Source: the human T2T-CHM13v2.0 reference genome, Homo sapiens | DNA: 64,000 bases | Reading direction: 5' to 3' (one strand) | Assembly (NCBI RefSeq): GCF_009914755.1 | Contig: NC_060925.1 | Shown: piece by piece, positions 40,101 to 54,500 of the stretch | Layout: every line of letters begins with the position of its first letter | How positions within the stretch are numbered: position 1 is the first letter of the stretch | Made by a program: the position numbers and the translations under genes | The notes under the pieces: model-generated | Told to the model about the DNA's origin: nothing | The model's input: only the letters and a program-made list of their open reading frames with translations | Database searches by the model: none

Positions 40101-43100
40101 CCTTTCTGTTCATAGAGCAGTTAGGAAACACTCTGTTTGTAAAGTCTGCAAGTGGATATTCAGACCTCCTTGAGGCCTTCGTTGGAAACGGGATTTCTTC
40201 ATATTCTGCTAGACAGAAGAATTCTCAGTAACTTCCTTGTGTTGTGTGTATTCAACTCACAGAGTTGAACGATCCTTTACACAGAGCAGACTTGAAACAC
40301 TCTTTTTGTGGAATTTGCAAGAGGAGATTTCAGCCGCTTTGAGGTCAATAGTAGAAAAGGAAACATCTTCGTAGAAAAACTAGACAGAATGATTCTCAGA
40401 AACTCCTTTGTGATGTGTGTGTTCAACTCACAGAGTTTAACCTTTCTTTTCATAGAGCAGTTAGTAAACACTCTGTTTATAAAGTCTGCAAGTGGATATT
40501 CAGACCCCTTTGAGGCCTTCGTTGGAAACGGGATTTCTTCATATTATGCTAGACAGAAGAATTCTCAGTGACTTCCTTGTGTTGTGTGTATTCAACTGAC
40601 AGAGTTGAACTTTCATTTGGAGAGAGCAGATTTGAAACACTGTTTTTGTGGAATTTGCAAGTGGAGATTTCAAGCGCTTTGGGGCCAAAGGCAGAAAAGG
40701 AAATATCTTCGTATAAAAACTAGACAGAATCATTCTCAGAAACTGCTGCGTGATGTGTGCGTTCAACTCTCAGAGTTTAACTTTTCTTTTCATTCAGCGG
40801 TTTGGAAACACTCTGTTTGTAAAGTCTGCACGTGGATATTTTGACCACTTAGAGGCCTTCGTTGGAAACGGGTTTTTTTCATGTAAGGCTAGACAGAAGA
40901 ATTCCCAGTAACTTCCTTGTGTTGTGTGCATTCAACTCACAGAGTTGAACGTTCCCTTAGACAGAGGAGATTTGAAACACTCTATTTGTGCAATTTGCAA
41001 GTGTAGTTTTGAAGCTCTTTAAGGTCAACGGCAGAAAAGGAAATATCTTCGTTTCAAAACTAGACAGAATCATTCCCACAAACTGCGTTGTGATGTGTTC
41101 GTTCAACTCACAGAGTTTAACCTTTCTGTTCATAGAGCAGTTAGGAAACACTCTGTTTGTAAAGTCTGTAAGTGGATATTCTGACATCTTGTGGCCTTCG
41201 TTGGAAACGGGATTTCTTCATATTCTGCTAGACAGAAGAATTCTCAGTAACTTACTTGTGTTGTGTGTATTCAACTCACAGAGTTGAACGATCCTTTACA
41301 CAGAGCAGACTTGAAACACTCTTTTTGTGGAATTTGCAAGTGGAGATTTCAGCCGCTTTGAGGTCAATGGTAGAAAAGGAAACTATCTTCATATAAAGAC
41401 TAGACAGAATGATTCTCAGAAAATCTTTTGTGATGTGTGCGTTCAACTCACAGAGTTTAACTTTTCTTCTCATAGAGCAGTTAGGAAACACTCTGTTTGT
41501 AAAGTCTGCAAGTGGATATTCAGACCTCTTTGAGGCCTTCGTTGGAAACGGGATTTCTTCATATTCTGCTAGACAGAAGAATTCTCAGTAACTTCCTTGT
41601 GTTGTGTGTATTCAACTCACAGAGTTGAAGGATCCTTTACAGAGAGCAGGCTTGAAACACTCTTTTTGTCGAATTTGCAAGTGGAGATTTCAGCCGCTTT
41701 GAGGTCAATGGTAGAATAGGAAATATCTTCTTATAGAAACTAGACAGAATGATTCTCATAAACTCCTTTGGATGTGTGCGTTCAACTCACAGAGTTTAAC
41801 CTTTCTTTTCATAGAGCAGTTAGGAAACACTCTGTTTGAAAAGTCTGCAAGTGGATATTCAGACCTCCTTGAGGCCTTCGTTGGAAACGGGATTTCTTCA
41901 TATTCTGCTAGACAGAAGAATTCTCAGTAACTTCCTTGTGTTGTGTTTATTCAACTCACAGAGTTGAATGATCCTTTACACAGAGCAGACTTGAAACACT
42001 CTTTTTGCGGAATTTGCAAGTGGAGATTTCAGCCGCTTTGAGGTCAATGGTAGAAAAGTAAATATCTTCGTATAAAGACTAGACAGAATGATTCTCAGAA
42101 ACTCCTTTGTGATGTGTGCGTTCAACTCACAGAGTTTAACCTTTCTGTTCATAGAGCAGTTAGGAAACACTCTGTTTGTAAAGTCTGCAAGTGGATATTC
42201 AGACCTCCTTGAGGCCTTCGTTGGAAACGGGATTTCTTCATATTCTGCTAGACAGAAGAATTCTCAGTAACTTCCTTGTGTTGTGTGTATTCAACTCACA
42301 GAGTTGAACGATCCTTTACACAGAGCAGACTTGAAACACTCTTTTTGTGGAATTTGCCAGAGGAGATTTCAGCCGCTTTGAGGTCAATAGTAGAAAAGGA
42401 AATATCTTCGTAGAAAAACTAGACAGAATGATTCTCAGAAACTCCTTTGTGATGTGTGTGTTCAACTCACAGAGTTTAACCTTTCTTTTCATAGAGCAGT
42501 TAGTAAACACTCTGTTTATAAAGTCTGCAAGTGGATATTCAGACCCCTTTGAGGCCTTCGTTGGAAACGGGATTTCTTCATATTATGCTAGACAGAAGAA
42601 TTCTCAGTAACTTCCTTGTGTTGTGTGTATTCAACTGACAGAGTTGAACTTTCATTTAGAGAGAGCAGATTTGAAACACTGTTTTTGTGGAATTTGCAAG
42701 TGGAGATTTCAAGTGCTTTGAGGCCAAAGGCAGAAAAGGAAATATCTTCGTATAAAAACTAGACAGAATCATTCTCAGAAACTGCTGCGTGATGTGTGCG
42801 TTCAACTCTCAGAGTTTAACTTTTCTTTTCATTCAGCGGTTTGGAAACACTCTGTTTGTAAAGTCTGCACGTGGATATTTTGACCACTTAGAGGCCTTCG
42901 TTGGAAACGGGTTTTTTTCATGTAAGGCTAGACAGAAGAATTCCCAGTAACTTCCTTGTGTTGTGTGCATTCAACTCACAGAGTTGAACGTTCCCTTAGA
43001 AAGAGCAGATTTGAAACACTCTATTTGTGCAATTTGCAAGTGTAGATTTCAAGCGCTTTAAGGTCAACGGCAGAAAAGGAAATATCTTCGTTTCAAAACT

Positions 43101-46100
43101 AGACAGAATCATTCCCACAAACTGCGTTGTGATGTGTTCGTTCAACTCACAGAGTTTAACCTTTCTGTTCATAGAGCAGTTAGGAAACACTCTGTTTGTA
43201 AAGTCTGTAAGTGGATATTCTGACATCTTGTGGCCTTCGTTGGAAACGGGATTTCTTCATATTCTGCTAGACAGAAGAATTCTCAGTAACTTCCTTGTGT
43301 TGTGTGTATTCAACTCACAGAGTTGAACGATCCTTTACACAGAGCAGACTTGAAACACTCTTTTTGTGGAATTTGCAAGTGGAGATTTCAGCCGCTTTGA
43401 GGTCAATGGTAGAAAAGGAAACTATCTTCATATAAAGACTAGACAGAATGATTCTCAGAAAATCTTTTGTGATGTGTGCGTTCAACTCACAGAGTTTAAC
43501 TTTTCTTCTCATAGAGCAGTTAGGAAACACTCTGTTTGTAAAGTCTGCAAGTGGATATTCAGACCTCTTTGAGGCCTTCGTTGGAAACGGGATTTCTTCA
43601 TATTATGCTAGACAGAATAATTCTCAGTAACTTCCTTGTGTTGTGTGTATTCAACTCACAGAGTTGAAGGATCCTTTACAGAGAGCAGGCTTGAAACACT
43701 CTTTTTGTCGAATTTGCAAGTGGAGATTTCAGCCGCTTTGAGGTCAATGGTAGAATAGGAAATATCTTCTTATAGAAACTAGACAGAATGATTCTCATGA
43801 ACTCCTTTGTGATGTGTGCGTTCAACTCACAGAGTTTAACCTTTCTTTTCATAGAGCAGTTAGGAAACACTCTGTTTGTAAAGTCTGCAAGTGGATATTC
43901 AGACCTCCTTGAGGCCTTCGTTGGAAACGGGATTTCATCATATTCTGCTAGACAGAAGAATTCTCAGTAACTTCCTTGTGTTGTGTTTATTCAACTCACA
44001 GAGTTGAATGATCCTTTACACAGAGCAGACTTGAAACACTCTTTTTGTGGAATTTGCAAGTGGAGATTTCAGCCGCTTTGAGGTCAATGGTAGAAAAGTA
44101 AATATCTTCGTATAAAGACTAGACAGAATGATTCTCAGAAACTCCTTTGTGATGTGTGCGTTCAACTCACAGAGTTTAACCTTTCTGTTCATAGAGCAGT
44201 TAGGAAACACTCTGTTTGTAAAGTCTGCAAGTGGATATTCAGACCTCCTTGAGGCCTTCGTTGGAAACGGGATTTCTTCATATTCTGCTAGACAGAAGAA
44301 TTCTCAGTAACTTCCTTGTGTTGTGTGTATTCAACTCACAGAGTTGAACGATCCTTTACACAGAGCAGACTTGAAACACTCTTTTTGTGGAATTTGCAAG
44401 TGGAGATTTCAGCCGCTTTGAGGTCAATGGTAGAAAAGGAAATATCTTCCTATAAAGACTAGACAGAATGATTCTCAGAAACTCCTTTGTGATGTGTGCG
44501 TTCAACTCACAGAGTTTAACCTTTCTTTTCATAGAGCAGTTAGGAAACACTCTGTTTGTAAAGTCTGCAAGTGGATATTCAGACCTCTTTGAGGCCTTCG
44601 TTGGAAACGGGATTTCTTCCTATTCTGCTAGACAGAAGAATTCTCAGTAACTTCCTTGTGTTGTGTGTATTCAACTCACAGAGTTGAACGATCCTTTACA
44701 CAGAGCAGACTTGAAACACTCTTTTTGTGGAATTTGCAAGTGGAGATTTCAGCCGCTTTGAGGTCAATAGTAGAAAAGGAAATATCTTCGTAGAAAAACT
44801 AGACAGAATGATTCTCAGAAACTCCTTTGTGATGTGTGTGTTCAACTCACAGAGTTTAACCTTTCTTTTCATAGAGCAGTTAGTAAACACTCTGTTTATA
44901 AAGTCTGCAAGTGGATATTCAGACCCCTTTGAGGCCTTCGTTGGAAACGGGATTTCTTCATATTATGCTAGACAGAAGAATTCTCAGTAACTTCCTTGTG
45001 TTGTGTGTATTCAACTGACAGAGTTGAACTTTCATTTAGAGAGAGCAGATTTGAAACACTGTTTTTGTGGAATTTGCAAGTGGAGATTTCAAGCGCTTTG
45101 GGGCCAAAGGCAGAAAAGGAAATATCTTCGTATAAAAACTAGACAGAATCATTCTCAGAAACTGCTGCGTGATGTGTGCGTTCAACTCTCAGAGTTTAAC
45201 TTTTCTTTTCATTCAGCGGTTTGGAAACACTATGTTTGTAAAGTCTGCACGTGGATATTTTGACCACTTAGAGGCCTTCGTTGGAAACGGGTTTTTTTCA
45301 TGTAAGGCTAGACAGAAGAATTCCCAGTAACTTCCTTGTGTTGTGTGCATTCAACTCACAGAGTTGAACGTTCCCTTAGACAGAGCAGATTTGAAACACT
45401 CTATTTGTGCAATTTGCAAGTGTAGATTTCAAGCGCTTTAAGGTCAACGGCAGAAAAGGAAATATCTTCGTTTCAAAACTAGACAGAATCATTCCCACAA
45501 ACTGCGTTGTGATGTGTTCGTTCAACTCACAGAGTTTAACCTTTCTGTTCATAGAGCAGTTAGGAAACACTCTGTTTGTAAAGTCTGTAAGTGGATATTC
45601 TGACATCTTGTGGCCTTCGTTGGAAACGGGATTTCTTCATATTCTGCTAGACAGAAGAATTCTCAGTAACTTCCTTGTGTTGTGTGTATTCAACTCACAG
45701 AGTTGAACGATCCTTTACACAGAGCAGACTTGAAACACTCTTTTTGTGGAATTTGCAAGTGGAGATTTCAGCCGCTTTGAGGTCAATGGTAGAAAAGGAA
45801 ACTATCTTCATATAAAGACTAGACAGAATGATTCTCAGAAAATCTTTTGTGATGTGTGCGTTCAACTCACAGAGTTTAACTTTTCTTCTCATAGAGCAGT
45901 TAGGAAACACTCTGTTTGTAAAGTCTGCAAGTGGATATTCAGACCTCTTTGAGGCCTTCGTTGGAAACGGGATTTCTTCATATTATGCTAGACAGAATAA
46001 TTCTCAGTAACTTCCTTGTGTTGTGTGTATTCAACTCACAGAGTTGAAGGATCCTTTACAGAGAGCAGGCTTGAAACACTCTTTTTGTCGAATTTGCAAG

Positions 46101-49100
46101 TGGAGATTTCAGCCGCTTTGAGGTCAATGGTAGAATAGGAAATATCTTCTTATAGAAACTAGACAGAATGATTCTCATGAACTCCTTTGTGATGTGTGCG
46201 TTCAACTCACAGAGTTTAACCTTTCTTTTCATAGAGCAGTTAGGAAACACTCTGCTTGTAAAGTCTGCAAGTGGATATTCAGACCTCCTTGAGGCCTTCG
46301 TTGGAAACGGGATTTCTTCATATTCTGCTAGACAGAAGAATTCTCAGTAACTTCCTTGTGTTGTGTTTATTCAACTCACAGAGTTGAATGATCCTTTACA
46401 CAGAGCAGACTTGAAACACTCTTTTTGTGGAATTTGCAAGTGGAGATTTCAGCCGCTTTGAGGTCAATGGTAGAAAAGTAAATATCTTCGTATAAAGACT
46501 AGACAGAATGATTCTCAGAAACTCCTTTGTGATGTGTGCGTTCAACTCACAGAGTTTAACCTTTCTGTTCATAGAGCAGTTAGGAAACACTCTGTTTGTA
46601 AAGTCTGCAAGTGGATATTCAGACCTCCTTGAGGCCTTCGTTGGAAACGGGATTTCTTCATCTTCTGCTAGACAGAAGAATTCTCAGTAACTTCCTTGTG
46701 TTGTGTGTATTCAACTCACAGAGTTGAACGATACTTTACACAGAGCAGACTTGAAACACTCTTTTTGTGGAATTTGCAAGTGGAGATTTCAGCCGCTTTG
46801 AGGTCAATGGTAGAAAAGGAAACTATCTTCATATAAAGACTAGACTGAATGATTCTCAGAAAATCTTTTGTGATGTGTGCGTTCAGCTCACAGAGTTTAA
46901 CTTTTCTTCTCATAGAGCAGTTAGGAAACACTCTGTTTGTAAAGTCTGCAAGTGGATATTCAGACCTCTTTGAGGCCTTCGTTGGAAACGGGATTTCTTC
47001 ATATTATGCTAGACAGAATAATTCTCAGTAACTTCCTTGTGTTGTGTGTATTCAACTGACAGAGTTGAAGGATCCTTTACAGACAGCAGGCTTGAAACAC
47101 TCTTTTTGTCGAATTTGCAAGTGGAGATTTCAGCCGCTTTGAGGTCAATGGTAGAATAGGAAATATCTTCTTATAGAAACTAGACAAAATGATTCTCATG
47201 AACTCCTTTGTGATGTGTGCGTTCAACTCACAGAGTTTAACCTTTCTTTTCATAGAGCAGTTAGGAAACACTCTGTTTGTAAAGTCTGCAAGTGGATATT
47301 CAGACCTCCTTGAGGCCTTCGTTGGAAACGGGATTTCTTCATATTCTGCTAGACAGAAGAATTCTCAGTAACTTCCTTGTGTTGTGTTTATTCAACTCAC
47401 AGAGTTGAATGATCCTTTACACAGAGCAAACTTGAAACACTCTTTTTGTGGAATTTGCAAGTGGAGATTTCAGCCGCTTTGAGGTCAATGGTAGAAAAGT
47501 AAATATCTTCGTATAAAGACTAGACAGAATGATTCTCAGAAACTCCTTTGTGATGTGTGCGTTCAACTCACAGAGTTTAACCTTTCTGTTCATAGAGCAG
47601 TTAGGAAACACTCTGTTTGTAAAGTCTGCAAGTGGATATTCAGACCTCCTTGAGGCCTTCGTTGGAAACGGGATTTCTTCATATTCTGCTAGACAGAAGA
47701 ATTCTCAGTAACTTCCTTGTGTTGTGTGTATTCAACTCACAGAGTTGAACGATCCTTTACACAGAGCAGACTTGAAACACTCTTTTTGTGGAATTTGCAA
47801 GTGGAGATTTCAGCCGCTTTGAGGTCAATAGTAGAAAAGGAAATATCTTCGTAGAAAAACTAGACAGAATGATTCTCAGAAACTCCTTTGTGATGTGTGT
47901 GTTTAACTCACAGAGTTTAACCTTTCTTTTCATAGAGCAGTTAGTAAACACTCTGTTTATAAATTCTGCATGTGGATATTCAGACCCCTTTGAGGCCTTC
48001 GTTGGAAACGGGATTTCTTCATATTATGCTAGACAGAAGAATTCTCAGTAACTTCCTTGTGTTGTGTGTATTCAACTGACAGAGTTGAACTTTCATTTGG
48101 AGAGAGCAGATTTGAAACACTGTTTTTGTGGAATTTGCAAGTGGAGATTTCAAGCGCTTTGGGGCCAAAGGCAGAAAAGGTAATATCTTCGTATAAAAAC
48201 TAGACAGAATCATTCTCAGAAACTGCTGCGTGATGTGTGCGTTCAACTCTCAGAGTTTAACTTTTCTTTTCATTCAGCGGTTTGGAAACACTCTGTTTGT
48301 AAAGTCTGCACGTGGATATTTTGAACACTTAGAGGCCTTCGTTGGAAACGGGTTTTTTTCATGTAAGGCTAGACAGAAGAATTCCCAGTAACTTCCTTGT
48401 GTTGTGTGCATTCAACTCACAGAGTTGAACGTTCCCTTAGACAGAGCAGATTTGAAACACTCTATTTGTGCAATTTGGAAGTGTAGATTTCAAGCGCTTT
48501 AAGGTCAACGGCAGAAAAGGAAATATCTTCGTTTCAAAACTAGACAGAATCATTCCCACAAACTGCGTTGTGATGTGTTCGTTCAACTCACAGAGTTTAA
48601 CCTTTCTGTTCATAGAGCAGTTAGGAAACACTCTGTTTGTAAAGTCTGTAAGTGGATATTCTGACATCTTGTGGCCTTCGTTGGAAACGGGATTTCTTCA
48701 TATTCTGCTAGACAGAAGAATTCTCAGTAACTTCCTTGTGTTGTGTGTATTCAACTCACAGAGTTGAAGGATCCTTTACAGAGAGCAGGCTTGAAACACT
48801 CTTTTTGTCGAATTTGCAAGTGGAGATTTCAGCCGCTTTGAGGTCAATGGTAGAATAGGAAATATCTTCTTATAGAAACTAGACAAAATGATTCTCATGA
48901 ACTCCTTTGTGATGTGTGCGTTCAACTCACAGAGTTTAACCTTTCTTTTCATAGAGCAGTTAGGAAACACTCTGTTTGTAAAGTCTGCAAGTGGATATTC
49001 AGACCTCCTTGAGGCCTTCGTTGGAAACGGGATTTCTTCATATTCTGCTAGACAGAAGAATTCTCAGTAACTTCCTTGTGTTGTGTTTATTCAACTCACA

Positions 49101-51550
49101 GAGTTGAATGATCCTTTACACAGAGCAGACTTGAAACACTCTTTTTGTGGAATTTGCAAGTGGAGATTTCAGCCGCTTTGAGGTCAATGGTAGAAAAGTA
49201 AATATCTTCGTATAAAGACTAGACAGAATGATTCTCAGAAACTCCTTTGTGATGTGTGCGTTCAACTCACAGAGTTTAACCTTTCTGTTCATAGAGCAGT
49301 TAGGAAACACTCTGTAAAGTCTGCAAGTGGATATTCAGACCTCCTTGAGGCCTTCGTTGGAAACGGGATTTCTTCATATTCTGCTAGACAGAAGAATTCT
49401 CAGTAACTTCCTTGTGTTGTGTGTATTCAACTCACAGAGTTGAACGATACTTTACACAGAGCAGACTTGAAACACTCTTTTTGTCGAATTTGCAAGTGGA
49501 GATTTCAGCCGCTTTGAGGTCAATGGTAGAAAAGGAAATATCTTCGTATAAAGACTAGACAGAATGATTCTCAGAAACTCCTTTGTGATGTGTGCGTTCA
49601 ACTCACAGAGTTTAACTTTTCTTTTCAAAGAGCAGTTAGGAAACACTCTGTTTGTAAAGTCTGCAAGTGGATATTCAGACCTCTTTGAGGCCTTCGTTGG
49701 AAACGGGATTTCTTCCTATTCTGCTAGACAGAAGAATTCTCAGTAACTTCCTTGTGTTGTGTGTATTCAACTCACAGAGTTGAACGATCCTTTACACAGA
49801 GCAGACTTGAAACACTCTTTTTGTGGAATTTGCAAGTGGAGATTTCAGCCGCTTTGAGGTCAATAGTAGAAAAGGAAATATCTTCGTAGAAAAACTAGAC
49901 AGAATGATTCTCAAAAACTCCTTTGTGATGTGTGTGTTCAACTCACAGAGTTTAACCTTTCTTTTCATAGAGCAGTTAGTAAACACTCTGTTTATAAAGT
50001 CTGCAAGTGGATATTCAGACCCCTTTGAGGCCTTCGTTGGAAACGGGATTTCTTCATATTCTGCTAGACAGAAGAATTCTCAGTAACTTCCTTGTGTTGT
50101 GTGTATTCAACTGACAGAGTTGAACTTTCATTTAGAGAGAGCAGATTTGAAACACTGTTTTTGTGGAATTTGCAAGTGGAGATTTCAAGCGCTTTGGGGC
50201 CAAAGGCAGAAAAGGAAATATCTTCGTATAAAAACTAGACAGAATCATTCTCAGAAACTGCTGCGTGATGTGTGCGTTCAACTCTCAGAGTTTAACTTTT
50301 CTTTTCATTCAGCGGTTTGGAAACACTCTGTTTGTAAAGTCTGCACGTGGATATTTTGACCACTTAGAGGCCTTCGTTGGAAACGGGTTTTTTTCATGTA
50401 AGGCTAGACAGAAGAATTCCCAGTAACTTCCTTGTGTTGTGTGCATTCAACTCACAGAGTTGAACGTTCCCTTAGACAGAGCAGATTTGAAACACTCTAT
50501 TTGTGCAATTTGCAAGTGTATATTTCAAGCGCTTTAAGTTCAACGGCAGAAAAGGAAATATCTTCGTTTCAAAACTAGACAGAATCATTCCCACAAACTG
50601 CGTTGTGATGTGTTCGTTCAACTCACAGAGTTTAACCTTTCTTTTCATAGAGAAGTTAGGAAACACTCTGTTTGTAAAGTCTGCAAGTGGATATTCAGAC
50701 TTCCTTGAGGCCTTCGTTGGAAACGGGATTTCTTCATATTCTGCTAGACAGAAGAATTCTCAGTAACTTCCTTGTGTTCTGTTTATTCAACTCACAGAGT
50801 TGAATGATCCTTTACACAGAGCAGACTTGAAACACTCTTTTTGTGGAATTTGCAAGTGGAGATTTCAGCCGCTTTGGGGTCAATGGTAGAAAAGTAAATA
50901 TCTTCGTATAAAGACTAGACAGAATGATTCTCAGAAACTCCTTTGTGATGTGTGCGTTCAACTCACAGAGTTTAACCTTTCTGTTCATAGAGCAGTTAGG
51001 AAACACTCTGTTTGTAATGTCTGCAAGTGGATATTCAGACCTCCTTGAGGCCTTCGTTGGAAACGGGATTTCTTCATATTCTGCTAGACAGAAGAATTCT
51101 CAGTAACTTCCTTGTGTTGTGTGTATTCAACTCACAGAGTTGAACGATCCTTTACACAGAGCAGACTTGAAACACTCTTTTTGTGGAATTTGCAAGTGGA
51201 GATTTCAGCCGCTTTGAGGTCAATGGTAGAAAAGGAAACTATCTTCATATAAAGACTAGACTGAATGATTCTCAGAAAATCTTTTGTGATGTGTGCGTTC
51301 AACTCACAGAGTTTAACTTTTCTTCTCATAGAGCAGTTAGGAAACACTCTGTTTGTAATGTCTGCAAGTGGATATTCAGACCTCCTTGAGGCCTTCGTTG
51401 GAAACGGGATTTCTTCATATTATGCTAGACAGAATAATTCTCAGTAACTTCCTTGTGTTGTGTGTATTCAACTGACAGAGTTGAAGGATCCTTTACAGAG
51501 AGCAGGCTTGAAACACTCTTTTTGTCGAATTTGCAAGTGGAGATTTCAGC
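28430..51550. repeat. 11,560-bp (68-monomer) near-perfect tandem duplication
   Basis: Private markers recur at +11560 (CAGTGAC 29010/40570, GAGGAGA 29406/40966, CTTACTT 29694/41254, deletion 30210/41770, CTGCTTG 34695/46255) and at +11556 after a 4-bp deletion at ~49315. A chimeric A/B dimer sits at the junction, ~39971-40016. Confidence 0.92.
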
Positions 51551-54500
51551 CGCTTTGAGGTCAATGGTAGAATAGGAAATATCTTCTTATAGAAACTAGA
51601 CAAAATGATTCTCATGAACTCCTTTGTGATGTGTGCGTTCAACTCACAGAGTTTAACCTTTCTTTTCATAGAGCAGTTAGGAAACACTCTGTTTGTAAAG
51701 TCTGCAAGTGGATATTCAGACCTCCTTGAGGCCTTCGTTGGAAACGGGATTTCTTCATATTCTGCTAGACAGAAGAATTCTCAGTAACTTCCTTGTGTTG
51801 TGTTTATTCAACTCACAGAGTTGAATGATCCTTTACACAGAGCAGACTTGAAACACTCTTTTTGTGGAATTTGCAAGTGGAGATTTCAGCCGCTTTGAGG
51901 TCAATGGTAGAAAAGTAAATATCTTCGTATAAAGACTAGACAGAATGATTCTCAGAAACTCCTTTGTGATGTGTGCGTTCAACTCACAGAGTTTAACCTT
52001 TCTGTTCATAGAGCAGTTAGGAAACACTCTGTTTGTAAAGTCTGCAAGTGGATATTCAGACCTCCTTGAGGCCTTCGTTGGAAACGGGATTTCTTGCTAT
52101 TCTGCTAGACAGAAGAATTCTCAGTAACTTCCTTGTGTTGTGTGTATTCAACTCACAGAGTTGAACGATCCTTTACACAGAGCAGACTTGAAACACTCTT
52201 TTTGTGGAATTTGCAAGTGGAGATTTCAGCCGCTTTGAGGTCAATAGTAGAAAAGGAAATATCTTCGTAGAAAAACTAGACAGAATGATTCTCAGAAACT
52301 CCTTTGTGATGTGTGTGTTCAACTCACAGAGTTTAACCTTTCTTTTCATAGAGCAGTTAGTAAACACTCTGTTTATAAAGTCTGCAAGTGGATATTCAGA
52401 CCCCTTTGAGGCCTTCGTTGGAAACGGGATTTCTTCATATTCTGCTAGACAGAAGAATTCTCAGTAACTTCCTTGTGTTGTGTGTATTCAACTGACAGAG
52501 TTGAACTTTCATTTGGAGAGAGCAGATTTGAAACACTGTTTTTGTGGAATTTGCAAGTGGAGATTTCAAGCGCTTTGGGGCCAAAGGCAGAAAAGGAAAT
52601 ATCTTCGTATAAAAACTAGACAGAATCATTCTCAGAAACTGCTGCGTGATGTGTGCGTTCAACTCTCAGAGTTTAACTTTTCTTTTCATTCAGCGGTTTG
52701 GAAACACTCTGTTTGTAAAGTCTGCACGTGGATATTTTGACCACTTAGAGGCCTTCGTTGGAAACGGGTTTTTTTCATGTAAGGCTAGACAGAAGAATTC
52801 CCAGTAACTTCCTTGTGTTGTGTGCATTCAACTCACAGAGTTGAACGTTCCCTTAGACAGAGCAGATTTGAAACACTCTATTTGTGCAATTTGCAAGTGT
52901 AGATTTCAAGCGCTTTAAGGTCAACGGCAGAAAAGGAAATATCTTCGTTTCAAAACTAGACAGAATCATTCCCACAAACTGCGTTGTGATGTGTTCGTTC
53001 AACTCACAGAGTTTAACCTTTCTGTTCATAGAGCAGTTAGGAAACACTCTGTTTGTAAAGTCTGTAAGTGGATATTCTGACATCTTGTGGCCTTCGTTGG
53101 AAACGGGATTTCTTCATATTCTGCTAGACAGAAGAATTCTCAGTAACTTCCTTGTGTTGTGTGTATTCAACTCACAGAGTTGAACGATCCTTTACACAGA
53201 GCAGACTTGAAACACTCTTTTTGTGGAATTTGCAAGTGGAGATTTCAGCCGCTTTGAGGTCAATGGTAGAAAAGGAAACTATCTTCATATAAAGACTAGA
53301 CAGAATGATTCTCAGAAAATCTTTTGTGATGTGTGCGTTCAACTCACAGAGTTTAACTTTTCTTCTCATAGAGCAGTTAGGAAACACTCTGTTTGTAAAG
53401 TCTGCAAGTGGATATTCAGACCTCTTTGAGGCCTTCGTTGGAAACGGGATTTCTTCATATTCTGCTAGACAGAAGAATTCTCAGTAACTTCCTTGTGTTG
53501 TGTGTATTCAACTCACAGAGTTGAAGGATCCTTTACAGAGAGCAGGCTTGAAACACTCTTTTTGTCGAATTTGCAAGTGGAGATTTCAGCCGCTTTGAGG
53601 TCAATGGTAGAATAGGAAATATCTTCTTATAGAAACTAGACAAAATGATTCTCATGAACTCCTTTGTGATGTGTGCGTTCAACTCACAGAGTTTAACCTT
53701 TCTTTTCATAGAGCAGTTAGGAAACACTCTGTTTGTAAAGTCTGCAAGTGGATATTCAGACCTCCTTGAGGCCTTCGTTGGAAACGGGATTTCTTCATAT
53801 TCTGCTAGACAGAAGAATTCTCAGTAACTTCCTTGTGTTGTGTTTATTCAACTCACAGAGTTGAATGATCCTTTACACAGAGCAGACTTGAAACACTCTT
53901 TTTGTGGAATTTGCAAGTGGAGATTTCAGCCGCTTTGAGGTCAATGGTAGAAAAGTAAATATCTTCGTATAAAGACTAGACAGAATGATTCTCAGAAACT
54001 CCTTTGTGATGTGTGCGTTCAACTCACAGAGTTTAACCTTTCTGTTCATAGAGCAGTTAGGAAACACTCTGTTTGTAAAGTCTGCAAGTGGATATTCAGA
54101 CCTCCTTGAGGCCTTCGTTGGAAACGGGATTTCTTGCTATTCTGCTAGACAGAAGAATTCTCAGTAACTTCCTTGTGTTGTGTGTATTCAACTCACAGAG
54201 TTGAACGATCCTTTACACAGAGCAGACTTGAAACACTCTTTTTGTGGAATTTGCAAGTGGAGATTTCAGCCGCTTTGAGGTCAATAGTAGAAAAGGAAAT
54301 ATCTTCGTAGAAAAACTAGACAGAATGATTCTCAGAAACTCCTTTGTGATGTGTGTGTTCAACTCACAGAGTTTAACCTTTCTTTTCATAGAGCAGTTAG
54401 TAAACACTCTGTTTATAAAGTCTGCAAGTGGATATTCAGACCCCTTTGAGGCCTTCGTTGGAAACGGGATTTCTTCATATTCTGCTAGACAGAAGAATTC

